In this document: one piece after another, positions 51,601 through 62,569 of the stretch
How positions within the stretch are numbered: position 1 is the stretch's first letter
How the letters are laid out: each line of letters begins with the position of its first letter
Position numbers and translations under genes: made by a program
Notes under the pieces: generated by a model
Database searches by the model: none
Told to the model about the DNA's origin: nothing
Seen by the model: only the letters and a program-made list of their open reading frames with translations
Assembly (NCBI RefSeq): GCF_964213995.1
Contig: NC_135819.1
Span: forward strand, 62,000,001 to 62,064,000
From: Mustelus asterias
Taxonomy: Eukaryota
DNA: 64,000 nucleotides
Direction: 5' to 3'

Positions 51601-51613
51601 GACCAACAAATAG
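42480..51613 (+). CDS. CYTH-domain protein (class IV adenylate cyclase CyaB-like / triphosphate tunnel metalloenzyme), 171 aa, 4 coding exons
   Basis: Join 42480-42635, 48228-48329, 50420-50545 and 51482-51613; all introns phase 0, GT-AG. CYTH-type motifs NVEIKA, QEDTFF, GRLKLR, KKERWLY, VHVDQVQGLGSFMELEVV and GAYMDL; ends TAG with no frameshift. Confidence 0.9.
42780..45420 (-). mobile_element. Degenerate Penelope-like retroelement (RT and GIY-YIG remnants, terminal repeat)
   Basis: ATGTCIGSSYARLFVGCVE..FIDD and IKPSDKGDAVVV (PLE RT); frameshifted GIY-YIG-like segment about 43370-43450; terminal repeat at 42780-42870. Confidence 0.75.
43752..44047 (+). mobile_element. V-SINE inserted in a Penelope-like element
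   Basis: SINE head, V-domain and AATAAATAAAC tail. Confidence 0.85.
45435..46702 (+). mobile_element. CR1 LINE RT/3' fragment
   Basis: HGFTKGKSCLT, VYLDFQKAFDKVPH, KFADD, RPHLEYCVQFW. Confidence 0.9.
47565..47847. mobile_element. Penelope-derived fold-back element (inverted terminal-repeat pair) carrying hammerhead motifs
   Basis: About 117-bp arms at 47564-47680 and 47698-47814; 13-bp TSD CAATATATATCTA (47552-47564 and 47848-47860). Confidence 0.8.
48228..48329 (+). CDS. CYTH gene coding exon 2
   Basis: NGSGQLIFYQRADMDGPKLSDYSISPTADPDGLM; long pyrimidine tract plus CAG, donor GTGGGT. Confidence 0.88.
50420..50545 (+). CDS. CYTH gene coding exon 3
   Basis: KVLSDALGVKGVVKKERWLYMVGQTRVHVDQVQGLGSFMELE; TTTAG acceptor, GTGAGA donor (not in the ORF track). 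Confidence 0.9.
50616..50677. repeat. 62-bp near-perfect palindrome flanked by the direct repeat TCAAC
   Basis: TTCCATCCAGGTCCACATGGAGTAAAACT-GTAT-AGTTTTACTCCATGTGGACCTAGATGGAA. Confidence 0.85.
51482..51613 (+). CDS. CYTH gene coding exon 4 (terminal)
   Basis: VVLGEDQSLEEGEAIAQSLMEELGVKKEDLMTGAYMDLILTNK*; AAG acceptor at 51481. Confidence 0.88.
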   Translation, partial: VVLGEDQSLEEGEAIAQSLMEELGVKKEDLMTGAYMDLILTNK

Positions 51614-52127
51614 TTTCAGAAGAGATGGTTCACCATTCATTGGCTCTCCATTAAGGTTGTGACAGTGGGCCAACCAAGATAAATATTGACCCGGAACAAA
51701 TCTACAGAGAATACGTGTGAAGAGTGGTTACTGCATACTCAATATCAAGTTCACAGGATTGCAATTCATGAAGTGGCTGAAGTAGCCAAAGCTATTGAAC
51801 ATTTATCTCATCAGCATTTTAATGAGACACTGCATGCTGTAATCTCAGATGGGAAGATTTCAAATCTGATTCACAGTCTGAAAAATAATGGTGTAACAAT
51901 GGTCCTCAGAATCCTTAGTTAGCAAGCAAGGAGAGACTGTTCAGGTTTCCCTTTCTGGAAAGAATGAATGTCTGCCATCCTTGTGTTAGTATTAAGAGAA
52001 CTGTCTCTGGTTATTTCGCAATAGCTTTGGTAAAAGCCTGGTCCAGCTTAAAACACACAAGTTTCCCTACAAATATCACTGCGCTGCTGAAAATCAACTA
52101 TGAAGCACAAATGTCTCAATGTGCTTG

Positions 52128-52133
52128 AATAAA
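52128..52133 (+). terminator. Candidate polyadenylation signal of the CYTH gene (second AATAAA at 52251)
   Basis: AATAAA about 515 nt after the stop codon. Confidence 0.45.
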
Positions 52134-54744
52134 TGCAAACAGCAATAGTGATTAGTCATTCAGCTTCTATATTATTAACCTTGGTGGCTCTACCATTCAT
52201 CCCCATTCATTACAAGTACTCACTACAACTTGTTTATCTTAAAGGTGCTAAATAAATACAAAATGTGCCAAAGCACATCACATGCACCTTTAGGGCAAAA
52301 TTGGACACCCAGCCACATAGTGATATTAGGGCAGGTGGTCAAATCCTGATTAAAAGGTAGATTTTCAGGAATATCTTAAAGGAGAAAGGGGAAGTTTAGG
52401 AAGATAATTCCAGATCTTGGGGCCTGGCTAAGCAGTTGAAAGCGGTGCTCCCAATTGCAGAACAATTAAAATAAGGAATGCTTGAGGCCAGAATTCGGAA
52501 TGCAGATATCAAGAGTGCTGTGGGAGTGGAAAAGATTAGAGATGGGTGAACTGAACTCAATGTAGGTCAGTGGGCACAATGGTAAGGGGTGTTGGTAGGA
52601 GTAAGCACATGAGTTTTGTGTTTACAGAAAGTAGAACATGAGGCCAGCTAGGATACTTGAGTCTAGACACAACAAATACATGGATGAGCTGAATGGAGTT
52701 ATTGTCATGTCACAGAATTGAAATTAGATGACTTTTATGGTGGTGGGGATATGTGATCTATGGCTCCTCGTAGGGTCAAAACTGACCTCAGTGGTTTGAA
52801 CAGTCCAGTTCAGCCTCAGATAGATGCCAGGGAAAGGGATTGGAAGCTGATGGCTCAGAGTTTGCAGCAAAGACAAAAGGCAATTGGAGGAAATTTCTGA
52901 TCATCTAGTACTTCATGTTGGACAAGCAGTCTGACCATTCAGGGACTGGAGGTGGTGAGAGATGTGGAGATCAAGCTGGGTGTCATCAGTGTTGATGTGA
53001 AAATTGATGGGGTGTTTTCAGATGATGTCTCCAAAGGGAGAGGGATTTGGCTTCTCCCATTTTACATGAGGTTGTGATCATGCTTCTCGTCTGTCAGTCA
53101 CCCATCTTTCCAGTCCTGCTGCATTTTAGTCTCTTACCACCACATTCTTCCGTCTGATCTTAGGTTTTCCCTTACTTTTTCCTGGCAGTCCCATCTCCAT
53201 CACTCACCTCTCTTGTTCTGCATTAAGTGACAACACACTTTCCGTCTCCTCTCAACTACTTCTTTTGATGTTTTCACAATTTGTGCTGATCCCTGATGTA
53301 ATGGTTATTGAACTTGTCATTTAGATTTGAAATTGGAGCCAAAGAGATAAATGATAGGATTGGGAACAGAAGAAGAAGCCATTGCAGGTGATACTCTGGT
53401 TGCGCAGAGAATGGAAACAGGCCAGTTAAATCCAACCCAGCTGCATGATGGTGGAAAAGCTTTGGAGCAGGATGCTGTGATCGGCTGTGTCAATGTTTGC
53501 AAACAGGACAATGAGAAATTCATTACCTTGTCTCTGCTCCCTGAATATCCAACTAACCTATAATCCCTTCAAAACAACTCAATTAATTTTGCAAGCATTG
53601 GTTAGGGCATCCATTAAAAAATTGATCTATTTAAAAACGCTTTGCTCTTCCTGTGCAAGCTTTTTTTTCCTAAATATCTGCAGTTGCACCTGCGAGAAGG
53701 AACTATATGACAGTTTCCTTGCAGCGTGCTGCATTTGTTTATGGGCTTCCAAAGATACACAGAAATGGGTCCTCCCAAGCCACATATGCAGGAGTAGTAG
53801 CTTCCTCAACTTCTGCTCCTGCAGCCCCATCCCCCTTTAAAAGGAAAACAAAGACACAGAACTGATATTCCTTCAGATTCTATCTCACTTACGACCTGTT
53901 CTGTACAGCATGAATTGAGTGAATTGTTACAGCCAGTTTTTAAACAAGTTTTCCAGATTGATGGTGAAGGATTCCTTCACATTTGTTAAGACCACACAGG
54001 ATTTGTATAGTGGTAGCAGTGCACCATTCTGATCTGGAACTATATCACTGTTACGGCAAAAGTCCTGAAACTCCCTTCCTGACAGCACTGTGGACTTCTC
54101 TTCACCACATGGACTGCAGCAGTTCAATAAAAGCAGCTCACCACTACCTCTTTGTCAGCAATTAGGATAGGCAAACGATACCTGCATCCTGTAAAATAAG
54201 ATGCTACTTCATCAAGGATGATGTAATTGCAGAGCCATAACAAGTTTACATGAGGCAGGCAGATTCCAATATAAAATTGGATATTTGAATTTCTAATAAA
54301 AATAAAAGGACAGAATCTAAAACTTTTAAACGATAGAATTCATTACGCCTGTGCACCCACGCGATTATCCATCTCCCAGCCAAATCAACTTCATCTGAAA
54401 ATTACATTCAAAATTGATCTTCACATGCAATTTATTAGAGATCAGCAGATTTCAGTGTCAATTATTCTATTCTTAAAATTGCCAAGTTCCACACGCGTGT
54501 GGACGGCCTCAACCGGGATCTTGGGTTCATGTCACACTACATGTAACCCACCATTTGGCCTGGGCTTGCAAAATCATCTGTCTGGGCTTGAGACAATTCA
54601 CATCTCTAACCTGTGATTATCCCTCTCCACTTGCACTGCCTGTACCTGTAAAGACTTGATTACCCAAAAAGACTCGCATTCCAAACATCTTGCAATTGTG
54701 TCTTTTTCTATATATGCTATGTTTGTGAAACCTACCTCTCCACT

Positions 54745-54779
54745 CACCTGATGAAGGAGCAGCGCTCTGAAAGCTCGTG
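54745..54779 (+). ncRNA. Minimal hammerhead motif in a Penelope 3' fragment (about 54530-54832)
   Basis: CAC-CTGATGA-A-GGAGC-AGC-GCTCT-GAAA-GC-TC-GTG. Confidence 0.6.
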
Positions 54780-55079
54780 ATTCCAAATAAACCTGTTGGA
54801 CTTTATCCTGGTGTTGAGAGACTTCTTACTGATCCTTAAAATTAGATTTTATTTCTTTGGAACTCTTCCCGAATAAACATTTTTGATCAGAGGTTGCTGC
54901 ATCTCTAAAGATGTCCTGCGCTATGGTTTTGACTTAAAATATCGGTTCAACTTTCTTTTTCCCTGGGCTATGTAGCCTATTTATATTATTTGAGCTGTAA
55001 CACATCATTCACTTGGAGCTGACAAATAGAATCCATGAATGTGGAAATTTGGTGTGGAACATGCCCAGAGCTACTTATT

Positions 55080-55530
55080 TTTACCAGAAGGATGTGGATA
55101 CTTTGGAGAGGGTACAGATAAGGTTTACCAGGATGTTGACTGGTTTGGAGGGTATTAGCTATGAGGAGAAATTGGGAAAACTTGACTTGTTTTTACTTGA
55201 ATGTCAGAGGCTGAGGGGCGACCTGATAAAAGTTAACAAAATTATGAGAGGCATGGATAGTTGGAGTCTTTCCTAGAGTAGAAATGTTAATTATCAGGGG
55301 ACGTAGCTTTAAAGTAAAAGGGGAAAGTTTAAAGGATATGTGAGAGGCAAGGTTTTTTTTAGAGGGTGGTAAGTGCCTGGAATGCACTACCAGAGAAGGT
55401 GGTAGAAGCAGATAGAATAGCAATGTTTATGAGGCATCTTGACAAATACATGAGTGGGCTGGAAATAGAGGGATACCAACTACGTAGGCAAAAGGTTTTC
55501 AGTTTAGAAAGGCGTCATGTGTCAGCGACG
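55080..55530 (+). mobile_element. CR1 LINE 3' fragment
   Basis: KDVDTLERVQIRFTRML..; same family as 1-455. Confidence 0.85.
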
Positions 55531-55544
55531 AGGTCAGAGGGGGG

Positions 55545-55900
55545 ATGGGGTGATGGCCTAGTGGTATTATTACAAGACTATTAATCCAGAAACTCAGATA
55601 ATGTTCTGGTGACCCAGGTTTGAATCCCACCATGGCAGATGGTGGAATTTGAATTCAATAAAAAATATCTGGAATTAAGAATCTACTGATGACCATGAAA
55701 CCATTGTCGATTGTCAGAAAAACCCATCAGGTTCACTATGTCCTTTAGGGAATGGAAAGCTGCCGTCCTTACCTGGTTTGGCCTATATATGATTCCAAAG
55801 CCACACCAATATTGTTGACTCTCAACTGCCCTCGGGCAACTAGAGATATGCAATAAATGCTGGTCAGCCAGTGACGCCCATGTCCCACAAATGAATTTTA
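55545..55900 (+). mobile_element. Second SINE family (diverged antisense copies at about 31280-31565 and 25005-25230)
   Basis: tRNA-like head TGGCCTAGTGG..GGTTTGAATCC; inserted into a CR1 3' UTR. Confidence 0.65.
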
Positions 55901-56411
55901 AAAAAGGCTTGGTCGCCCAAGGGCCTGTTCCTGTGCTATTCTTTGTATGTTTTACACTCTTCACTGCAAACTGATCTTAAGATTTCTGCCCACTCTGTTG
56001 TGCTCAATATTGCTTGTTTCCTGACATAATATTTGAGTAAAATGGAGCATTTGTGAAAAGATTTATCCTTTGTATTTTAATGGCTGTCTGTTTTAAGCAA
56101 GTTGTTTTTGTTTATAACGTGGATCTATTTGAAATAAAATCTGAAAATGTTATACGCAGTAAATCGGGCAGCATATCAGCCATGTTCGAATGACGCAGCA
56201 GACTCGATGGGCCAAATTCTGCTCCTATATCTTATCTGCAAAGATGGAAAAAGAGTCAACATTTCAGTCCTTAAACACAAATTGAACAAGCTTAAGGCAA
56301 GCACAGAGGCAGGCAGTGTTCAGGTGGAATGTAGGATCATTTAAATAGCATAAGAGATGATAGTGCAAGGCCAGAGAAACTCTCCACGAATGCTACGTGA
56401 TCTGCTAGGTA

Positions 56412-56798
56412 GCTCTTTCGGCACCAATCAAGTAAACGAACTCAAATTAACTTAGGGACAAAGTAAAAGGGGCGGCTCCCCAAAAGGAAGGGGGGAACAG
56501 CCCGAACCAAAATCAAAGTCGAAAGGAAACTTAAAACGTCAAACCAAAAGGTGATTATCGGGGTCGATAATACACCCCAGCCCCTGCGGCGCCCAGCGGT
56601 CGCGGAAGGCGTCAACCGCGCCCGTGGACACCGCATGCTCCCTCTCCAGAGACACCTGGCCGCGAATGTAGCCGCGGTAGAGGGGCAGACAGTCGGGATG
56701 GACGGCCCCGTCGATCGCCCGCTGCCTGGACCTATTGATGGCGCGTCTCGCCAGGCCCAGGAGCAGGTTCGCGAGGAGGTCGGCATCCCGACCCGCCC
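56412..56798 (-). mobile_element. Tx1 3' fragment
   Basis: Homologous to 37800-38190; 11-bp TSD TCTGCTAGGTA (56401-56411 and 56799-56809). Confidence 0.87.
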
Positions 56799-57479
56799 TC
56801 TGCTAGGTATTACCATTATTTTCTGGTTAAATTTCAGATTCTCAGCAGGTCAATTTTGAATTAGCTATTTCCTACACGTTGGTTTCCAAATATCTTCAAT
56901 GAGGTGCTCACCTTTCCTCCACGCCCATAGCCCAACCGCATTTCACCTGTTGGGGTGGCTTGCGCAAGTCACTGCTCAACATCAAGGCAAATCCCCTCGT
57001 AGTGTTCTTTTTTAAAGTCAACATTAACTAGTGTTTAATTTCGTGGAACCACAAGGCTTTCTGACTCCTATGGGGATTGTTTAACACCATCATTGATTAG
57101 GTGTCAATCAGTTAGGTGTATAGGCAACAAGGATGTGATCATTCTCTCCTTGTCCATGCTGAAGATTTTGAATTCACAGTAAGAAAATGTGCATCACTCT
57201 AAGTTCTGAAATTTTCTCACTATAGCCCCACCTCTCTTTTAAGTTTATTGCCTACACCATAGCCTTGATAGTTCATAAGTAGTTCATTGGTTGTAAAGTG
57301 CTTCAGGGAGTCCGAAGACCTGAAAAATCTTACATAAATACAAATCTTTCAAAAGTCACTTCCTTTACACTTTTGGTCACCCATTATAATTTATCCCCTT
57401 ACGTGGATGTGGGTCAAATTTGTGTTCGATCAGGGTTGCACTAGGTTAAAGGTGCTATGTAAAATGCAAGTTGCCCAAT

Positions 57480-58156
57480 TAGAAGTTAACGATCACGCCA
57501 CGTGGCCGCGGGAGCTGCTGAAATTCAGCACCAAGGGGCTGTGGACAGCTCCTAGTCCCAATTTCCCCTTTAAATCCGTTCTCGTTGAGCAGAGCTGGTG
57601 GGCAAATTTTGCAGCCCGTGAGTTATTTGCAAAGGATAACATAATAATTCCCTTCGCCTTTCCACACCGTGACGTGTTAATCCCCCCCTCCTTCCCTCCC
57701 CCTCGCTCGCTTCATCTGCAGCATCCCTCTGCACAGTCGGTGTGAGGAGCTGGGTGCAGCAGGGGCTGAGCTGGTTTGCATTGCGGTTATGTAGCCTCCA
57801 ACCAAAAACAAAACCCCAGAACATTCATTTTTCGACGCACACCAGTGCCCCGAGTGCGCAGGGCAGGCGGTCCCGGGACATCGCGGTGATGCAGCCGCGT
57901 TAGGACCGGGCTCCAGGTGTTCAGCAGTGCGGCTTGGGTCCCATCCTAATGTTATATATAACACATGTCAATATATTTCCACATCTGCTGCCGTTCAGAA
58001 TTTAGTGGAGTCGATTATTTCTGCCTACCATCCAAGCTTGTGAAGAGCCCGGATTGCGGTTTCTCCCTAAATTGGAAGCTTTGATCTTGTTTTTTTTCCC
58101 CTCTCCCATCAGTTGCAAAGCCTCCTGTGTCCTTGGGTTATTTTTTGCGTCAGAAG
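57480..58156 (+). promoter_or_regulatory. mapk8ip2 promoter / 5' UTR CpG-enriched region
   Basis: CpG-rich; palindromic E-box GCCACGTGGC at 57497-57506; TGACGTG near 57670; split RE1 at 57524-57552. Confidence 0.55.
57524..57552 (+). promoter_or_regulatory. Non-canonical (expanded-spacer) RE1/NRSE REST-binding site
   Basis: TTCAGCACC-N10-GGACAGCTCC; both RE1 half-sites with a 10-nt spacer instead of 2. Confidence 0.6.
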
Positions 58157-58221
58157 ATGGCGGATCCCACAGAGATGTTTTCCCTGTCAACCTTCCACTC
58201 TCTCTCCCCACCGGGTTGCAG
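58157..58221 (+). CDS. mapk8ip2: C-Jun N-terminal kinase-interacting protein 2 (JIP2), first coding exon
   Basis: [21 protein letters not shown](R) matches the recalled human JIP2 N-terminus [22 protein letters not shown]; strong Kozak AAGATGG, donor AG|GTAAGG; CHKB-MAPK8IP2 synteny as in human 22q13. Confidence 0.9.
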
Positions 58222-59619
58222 GTAAGGGCAGATTTTAAATTTATTTTTTGTTTTAAAAAAAAAATAATGTATTCACACCCACACGCTCTTTACTCCTGAG
58301 CAGAGTGCTGCATTTCAGCATTGAATCGGTTGTTGTTTCCTGTTAATCGTGAACTAAACCCAGGCACAATACACCATCTGGATATTACGATTTTAAAAAT
58401 AATAATTTGATGTTAAACATGGCAACGATTTGCCAATAGGCTGAAGATTCAGTGCCGTTTTGTTAGGGAATGTCTCGAGGATGAAAAATATCGCCTGGCC
58501 ATGGCTGAAACAGCTACAGGGCAGTCCCGTTCTGGGCCTGATGAATTGTCAATGATATTTATAAATGTTTATGAAGGATAACGGATTGTTTTGAGGCCTG
58601 GCATGCGGCCATTGTGGCCTGTTCTAGAATTAGAATCCCATATTTGATAACATGTGTGTTCTCTATTGATTTTTATTCCACAATGAAATATAATTACTCC
58701 CTCCCCCCCACCTTCCCAACACAACTGCAAACGCACACAACTCGACACACCCATATACACAAGCATTCATGCACACGCCCATACACTAGACCCACCCAAT
58801 TATTTACATAAAACAACTCGCATTTATCTAATGAAAGGAGCAACTTGCAATAATTCAGCATCTTTCAGGACCAGCAGACATCTTAAAGTGATTTACGTCC
58901 AGTGAAGTATTTTTGAAGTGCCGTCACTGTTGTAGGTATTTAATGTGGTAAAGTATCCCAAGACTTGTTGTCAGACAAGATTTTATTCCGAACTATAAAT
59001 GGGGATATTATAACGAATTACCAAATGCTTGGTCAAAGAGGTCGGTTTTAAAGAGCACAAGAGATGAAAGAAGTATTTAAGGGGAAATTGGGGAAACACC
59101 TGAGGGAAAAAAAGAATAAAGTTACACTGATAAGGTTAAATGAAGATGAGTCAGAGGAGGTATTTGTGAAACATCAACACTGACGTGGAACAATTGGGCA
59201 AATGTACATTCTTTTGGCATGTTTTAAGCCTACCATCCTTGGGTGGTTCAGGGGAATGTTATCACATGAAATTTGACACCAGTCACATAAGGAGATACTA
59301 GGACAAATGACTAAAAGGTAATTAGGTTTTGGGGAACATCTTAGAGGAGAGGTTGAGAGGAAATTCTAGAGTTTGGGGCCTAGGCCACTGAAGGCACAGC
59401 CACTAATGGTGGAGTCCGATAATGAAGAGGCCAGATTGGAGAAATGCAAAAATCTTAGAGGATTGCATGGCTGAAACAACCTACAGATATAGAGAAGGGT
59501 GAGATCGTAGAAGAATTTGAACACAAGGATGAGAAGATTAAAATGAAGGTGTTGCTGGAATGGGAACCAATGAAAATTAGCAACCCAGGATGAAGGAAGA
59601 AATTCATCATTGAAGACTG

Positions 59620-59907
59620 AGATCATAGAATCCCTACAATGCATAAGGAGGCCACTTGGCCCATCGAGTCTGCACCAACCGCAATTTCGCCCAGGCCCTA
59701 TCCACATAACCCTATGCATGTACCCTAGCTAGTCCCCCTGACTCTAAGGGCCAATCCACCTAACCAGCACATCTGTGGACTGCAGGAGGAAACCGGAGCA
59801 CCTGGAGGAAACCCATGCATACATGGGGAGAATATGCACGCAGACAGTGACCCAAGCAGGTCCCTGGCGCTGAGAGGCAGCAGTGCTAACCACTGTGCCA
59901 CCGTGCT
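59620..59907 (-). mobile_element. HE1-type V-SINE
   Basis: Reverse complement of the 9212 family. Confidence 0.82.
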
Positions 59908-60535
59908 GACCAGCTAGGTGAGCTAGGATACATGCGACAGATTTTCGATGAGCTCTAGTGTATGTGGGTGTAAGGTGGGCAGCCAGCCAGGAGAGTATTA
60001 AGAATAGTCAAGACCAAATGTTATGTAGCCATAGATGGGAGTTTCAGATCAGATGAGCTAGGGAGGTGTTGTGGAAATAAAAGTAGATAGTCTTAGTGGC
60101 TGAAGTTGACTAAAGTGTAGGCTGAGTCTTGCCTGCCAAAAGTTTGTAACTAATTAGATCTCCAACTAGTGGGCCATTACAGACACCTGACCATAAGAAC
60201 ATTGCCTTAGAGCGGGTTCATTTGAAGTTTCACCAGATTGATCCCTGGGATGAAAGAGTGAGGTGATATTGACCAACCTCGATCCATATTCTCAGGAGTT
60301 TGGAGAAATGAGAGCAGTTTTCATGGAAATCGATAACATTCTCGAGAGGACTTGATGCTGAAAGTTTCTTTCCACTGCCTGGAGAGTTTAGAATCAAGGA
60401 TCACAATCTCAGAATAAAGGACCAATTCTTTAGGTCCCAGATGCAGAGACATTTCTTCAGTAAGAGGATTGTGAATCTTTGGCATGCTCTGTATATTCAA
60501 GAATGGGATTGGTAGATTTTCAAGCACTACAGGAA

Positions 60536-62362
60536 CATAGAACATAGAACATTACAGCGCAGAACAGGCCCTTCGGCCCACGATGTTGCACCGACCAGTT
60601 AAAAAAAAACTGTGACCCTCCAACCTAAACCAATTTCTTTTCGTCCATGAACCTATCTACGGATCTCTTAAACGCCCCCAAACTAGGCGCATTTACAACT
60701 GATGCTGGCAGGGCATTCCAATCCCTCACCACCCTCTGGGTAAAGAACCTACCCCTGACATCGGTTCTATAACTACCCCCCCTCAATTTAAAGCCATGCC
60801 CCCTCGTGCTGGATTTCTCCATCAGAGGAAAAAGGCTATCACTATCCACCCTATCTAAACCTCTAATCATCTTATATGTTTCAATGAGATCCCCTCTTAG
60901 CCGCCGCCTTTCCAGCGAAAACAATCCCAAATCCCTCAGCCTCTCCTCATAGGATCTCCCCTCCATACCAGGCAACATCCTGGTAAACCTCCTCTGCACC
61001 CTCTCCAAAGCCTCCACATCCTTCCTGTAATGTGGGGACCAGAACTGCACACAGTACTTCAAGTGCGGCCGCACCAGAGTTGTGTACAGTTGCAACATAA
61101 CGCTACGACTCCTAAATTCAATCCCCCTACCAATAAACGCCAAGACACCATATGCCTTCTTAACAACCTTATCTACTTGATTCCCAACTATCAGGGATCT
61201 ATGCACACATACACCTAGATCCCTCTGCTCCTCCACACTATTCAAAGTCCTCCCGTTAGCCCTATACTCAACACATCTGTTATTCCTACCAAAGTGAATT
61301 ACCTCACACTTCTCCGCATTAAACTCCATCCGCCACCTCTCGGCCCAACTTTGCAACCTGTCTAAGTCTTCCTGCAAACTACGACACCCTTCCTCACTGT
61401 CTACCACACCACCGACTTTGGTGTCATCAGCAAATTTGCTAATCCACCCAACTATACCCTCATCCAGATCATTAATAAATATTACAAACAGCAGTGGCCC
61501 CAAAACAGATCCCTGAGGTACACCACTTGTAACCGCACTCCATGATGAATATTTACTATCAACCACCACCCTCTGTTTCCTATCCGCTAGCCAATTCCTG
61601 ATCCAATTTCCTAGATCACCCCCAATCCCATACATCTGCATTTTCTGCAGAAGCCTACCATGGTGAACCTTATCAAACGCCTTACTAAAATCCATATATA
61701 CCACGTCCACTGCCTTGCCCCCATCCACCTCCTTGGTCACTTTCTCAAAAAACTCAATAAGGTTAGTAAGGCACGACCTACCTGCCACAAAACCATGCTG
61801 ACTATCACCTATCAATTCATTACTCTCCAAATAACTATAAATCCTATCCCTTATAATTTTTTCCAACATCTTGCCGACAACAGAAGTGAGACTCACCGGT
61901 CTATAATTCCCGGGGAAGTCTCTGTTCCCCTTCTTAAACAATGGGACAACATTCGCTAACCTCCAATCTTCTGGTACTATACCAGAGGCCAACGACGACC
62001 TGAAGATCAGAGCCAGAGGCTCTGCAATCACTTCTCTTGCCTCCCAGAGAATCCTTGGATAAATCCCATCCGGACCAGGGGATTTATCTATTTTCAGACC
62101 CTCCAGAATATCCTGCACATCCTCCTTATCAACTGTAATACTGTCTATTCTACTCCCCTGCAACCCAGTGTCCTCCTCAGCTATATTCATGTCCCCTTGC
62201 GTGAACACCGAAGAGAAATATTGGTTCAATGCTTCACCAATCTCCTCCGGTTCCACACATAACTTCCCTCTGCCATCTATAACTGGCCCTAAACTTGCCC
62301 TAACCAACCTTCTGTTCTTGACATACCTATAGAACGCCTTAGGATTCTCTTTAACCCTATCC
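60536..62362 (-). mobile_element. Young 5'-truncated CR1 LINE with uninterrupted RT frame, nested in an older plus-strand CR1 3' fragment (about 60190-62486)
   Basis: Open frame with GPDG, YRPVSLTS, GVPQGSVLGP, KFADD; (GAACATA)n tail; GGAA direct repeat at 60532-60535 and 62363-62366. Confidence 0.93.
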
Positions 62363-62569
62363 GGAATCAAGGGATATGGGGATAAAGTGGAAAAACGAGA
62401 GGTGGGGTAAAGGTTCAGCAGTGTTACTGAATAGTGGAGTAAACTCGATCGGCAGTAGGGCCTACTCCCCCTAGTTCTCATGTTCTTCAGCTCAGAGTGA
62501 AATATGACAGTGCTCTGAACCATCTGGTTCAGCCTCAGGGAGAGGGATTCAAGAAATTGTCACTTTCAT

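Noticed and set aside
42480-51613. Naming the CYTH gene thtpa
   Set aside because: It is shorter than THTPA, lacks the recalled IEVERKF N-terminus and is not in the THTPA syntenic context; symbol left empty
60625-62523. 632-aa ORF as a host gene
   Set aside because: It is CR1 reverse transcriptase; the N-terminal roughly 54 aa is read-through from a flanking antisense CR1 fragment
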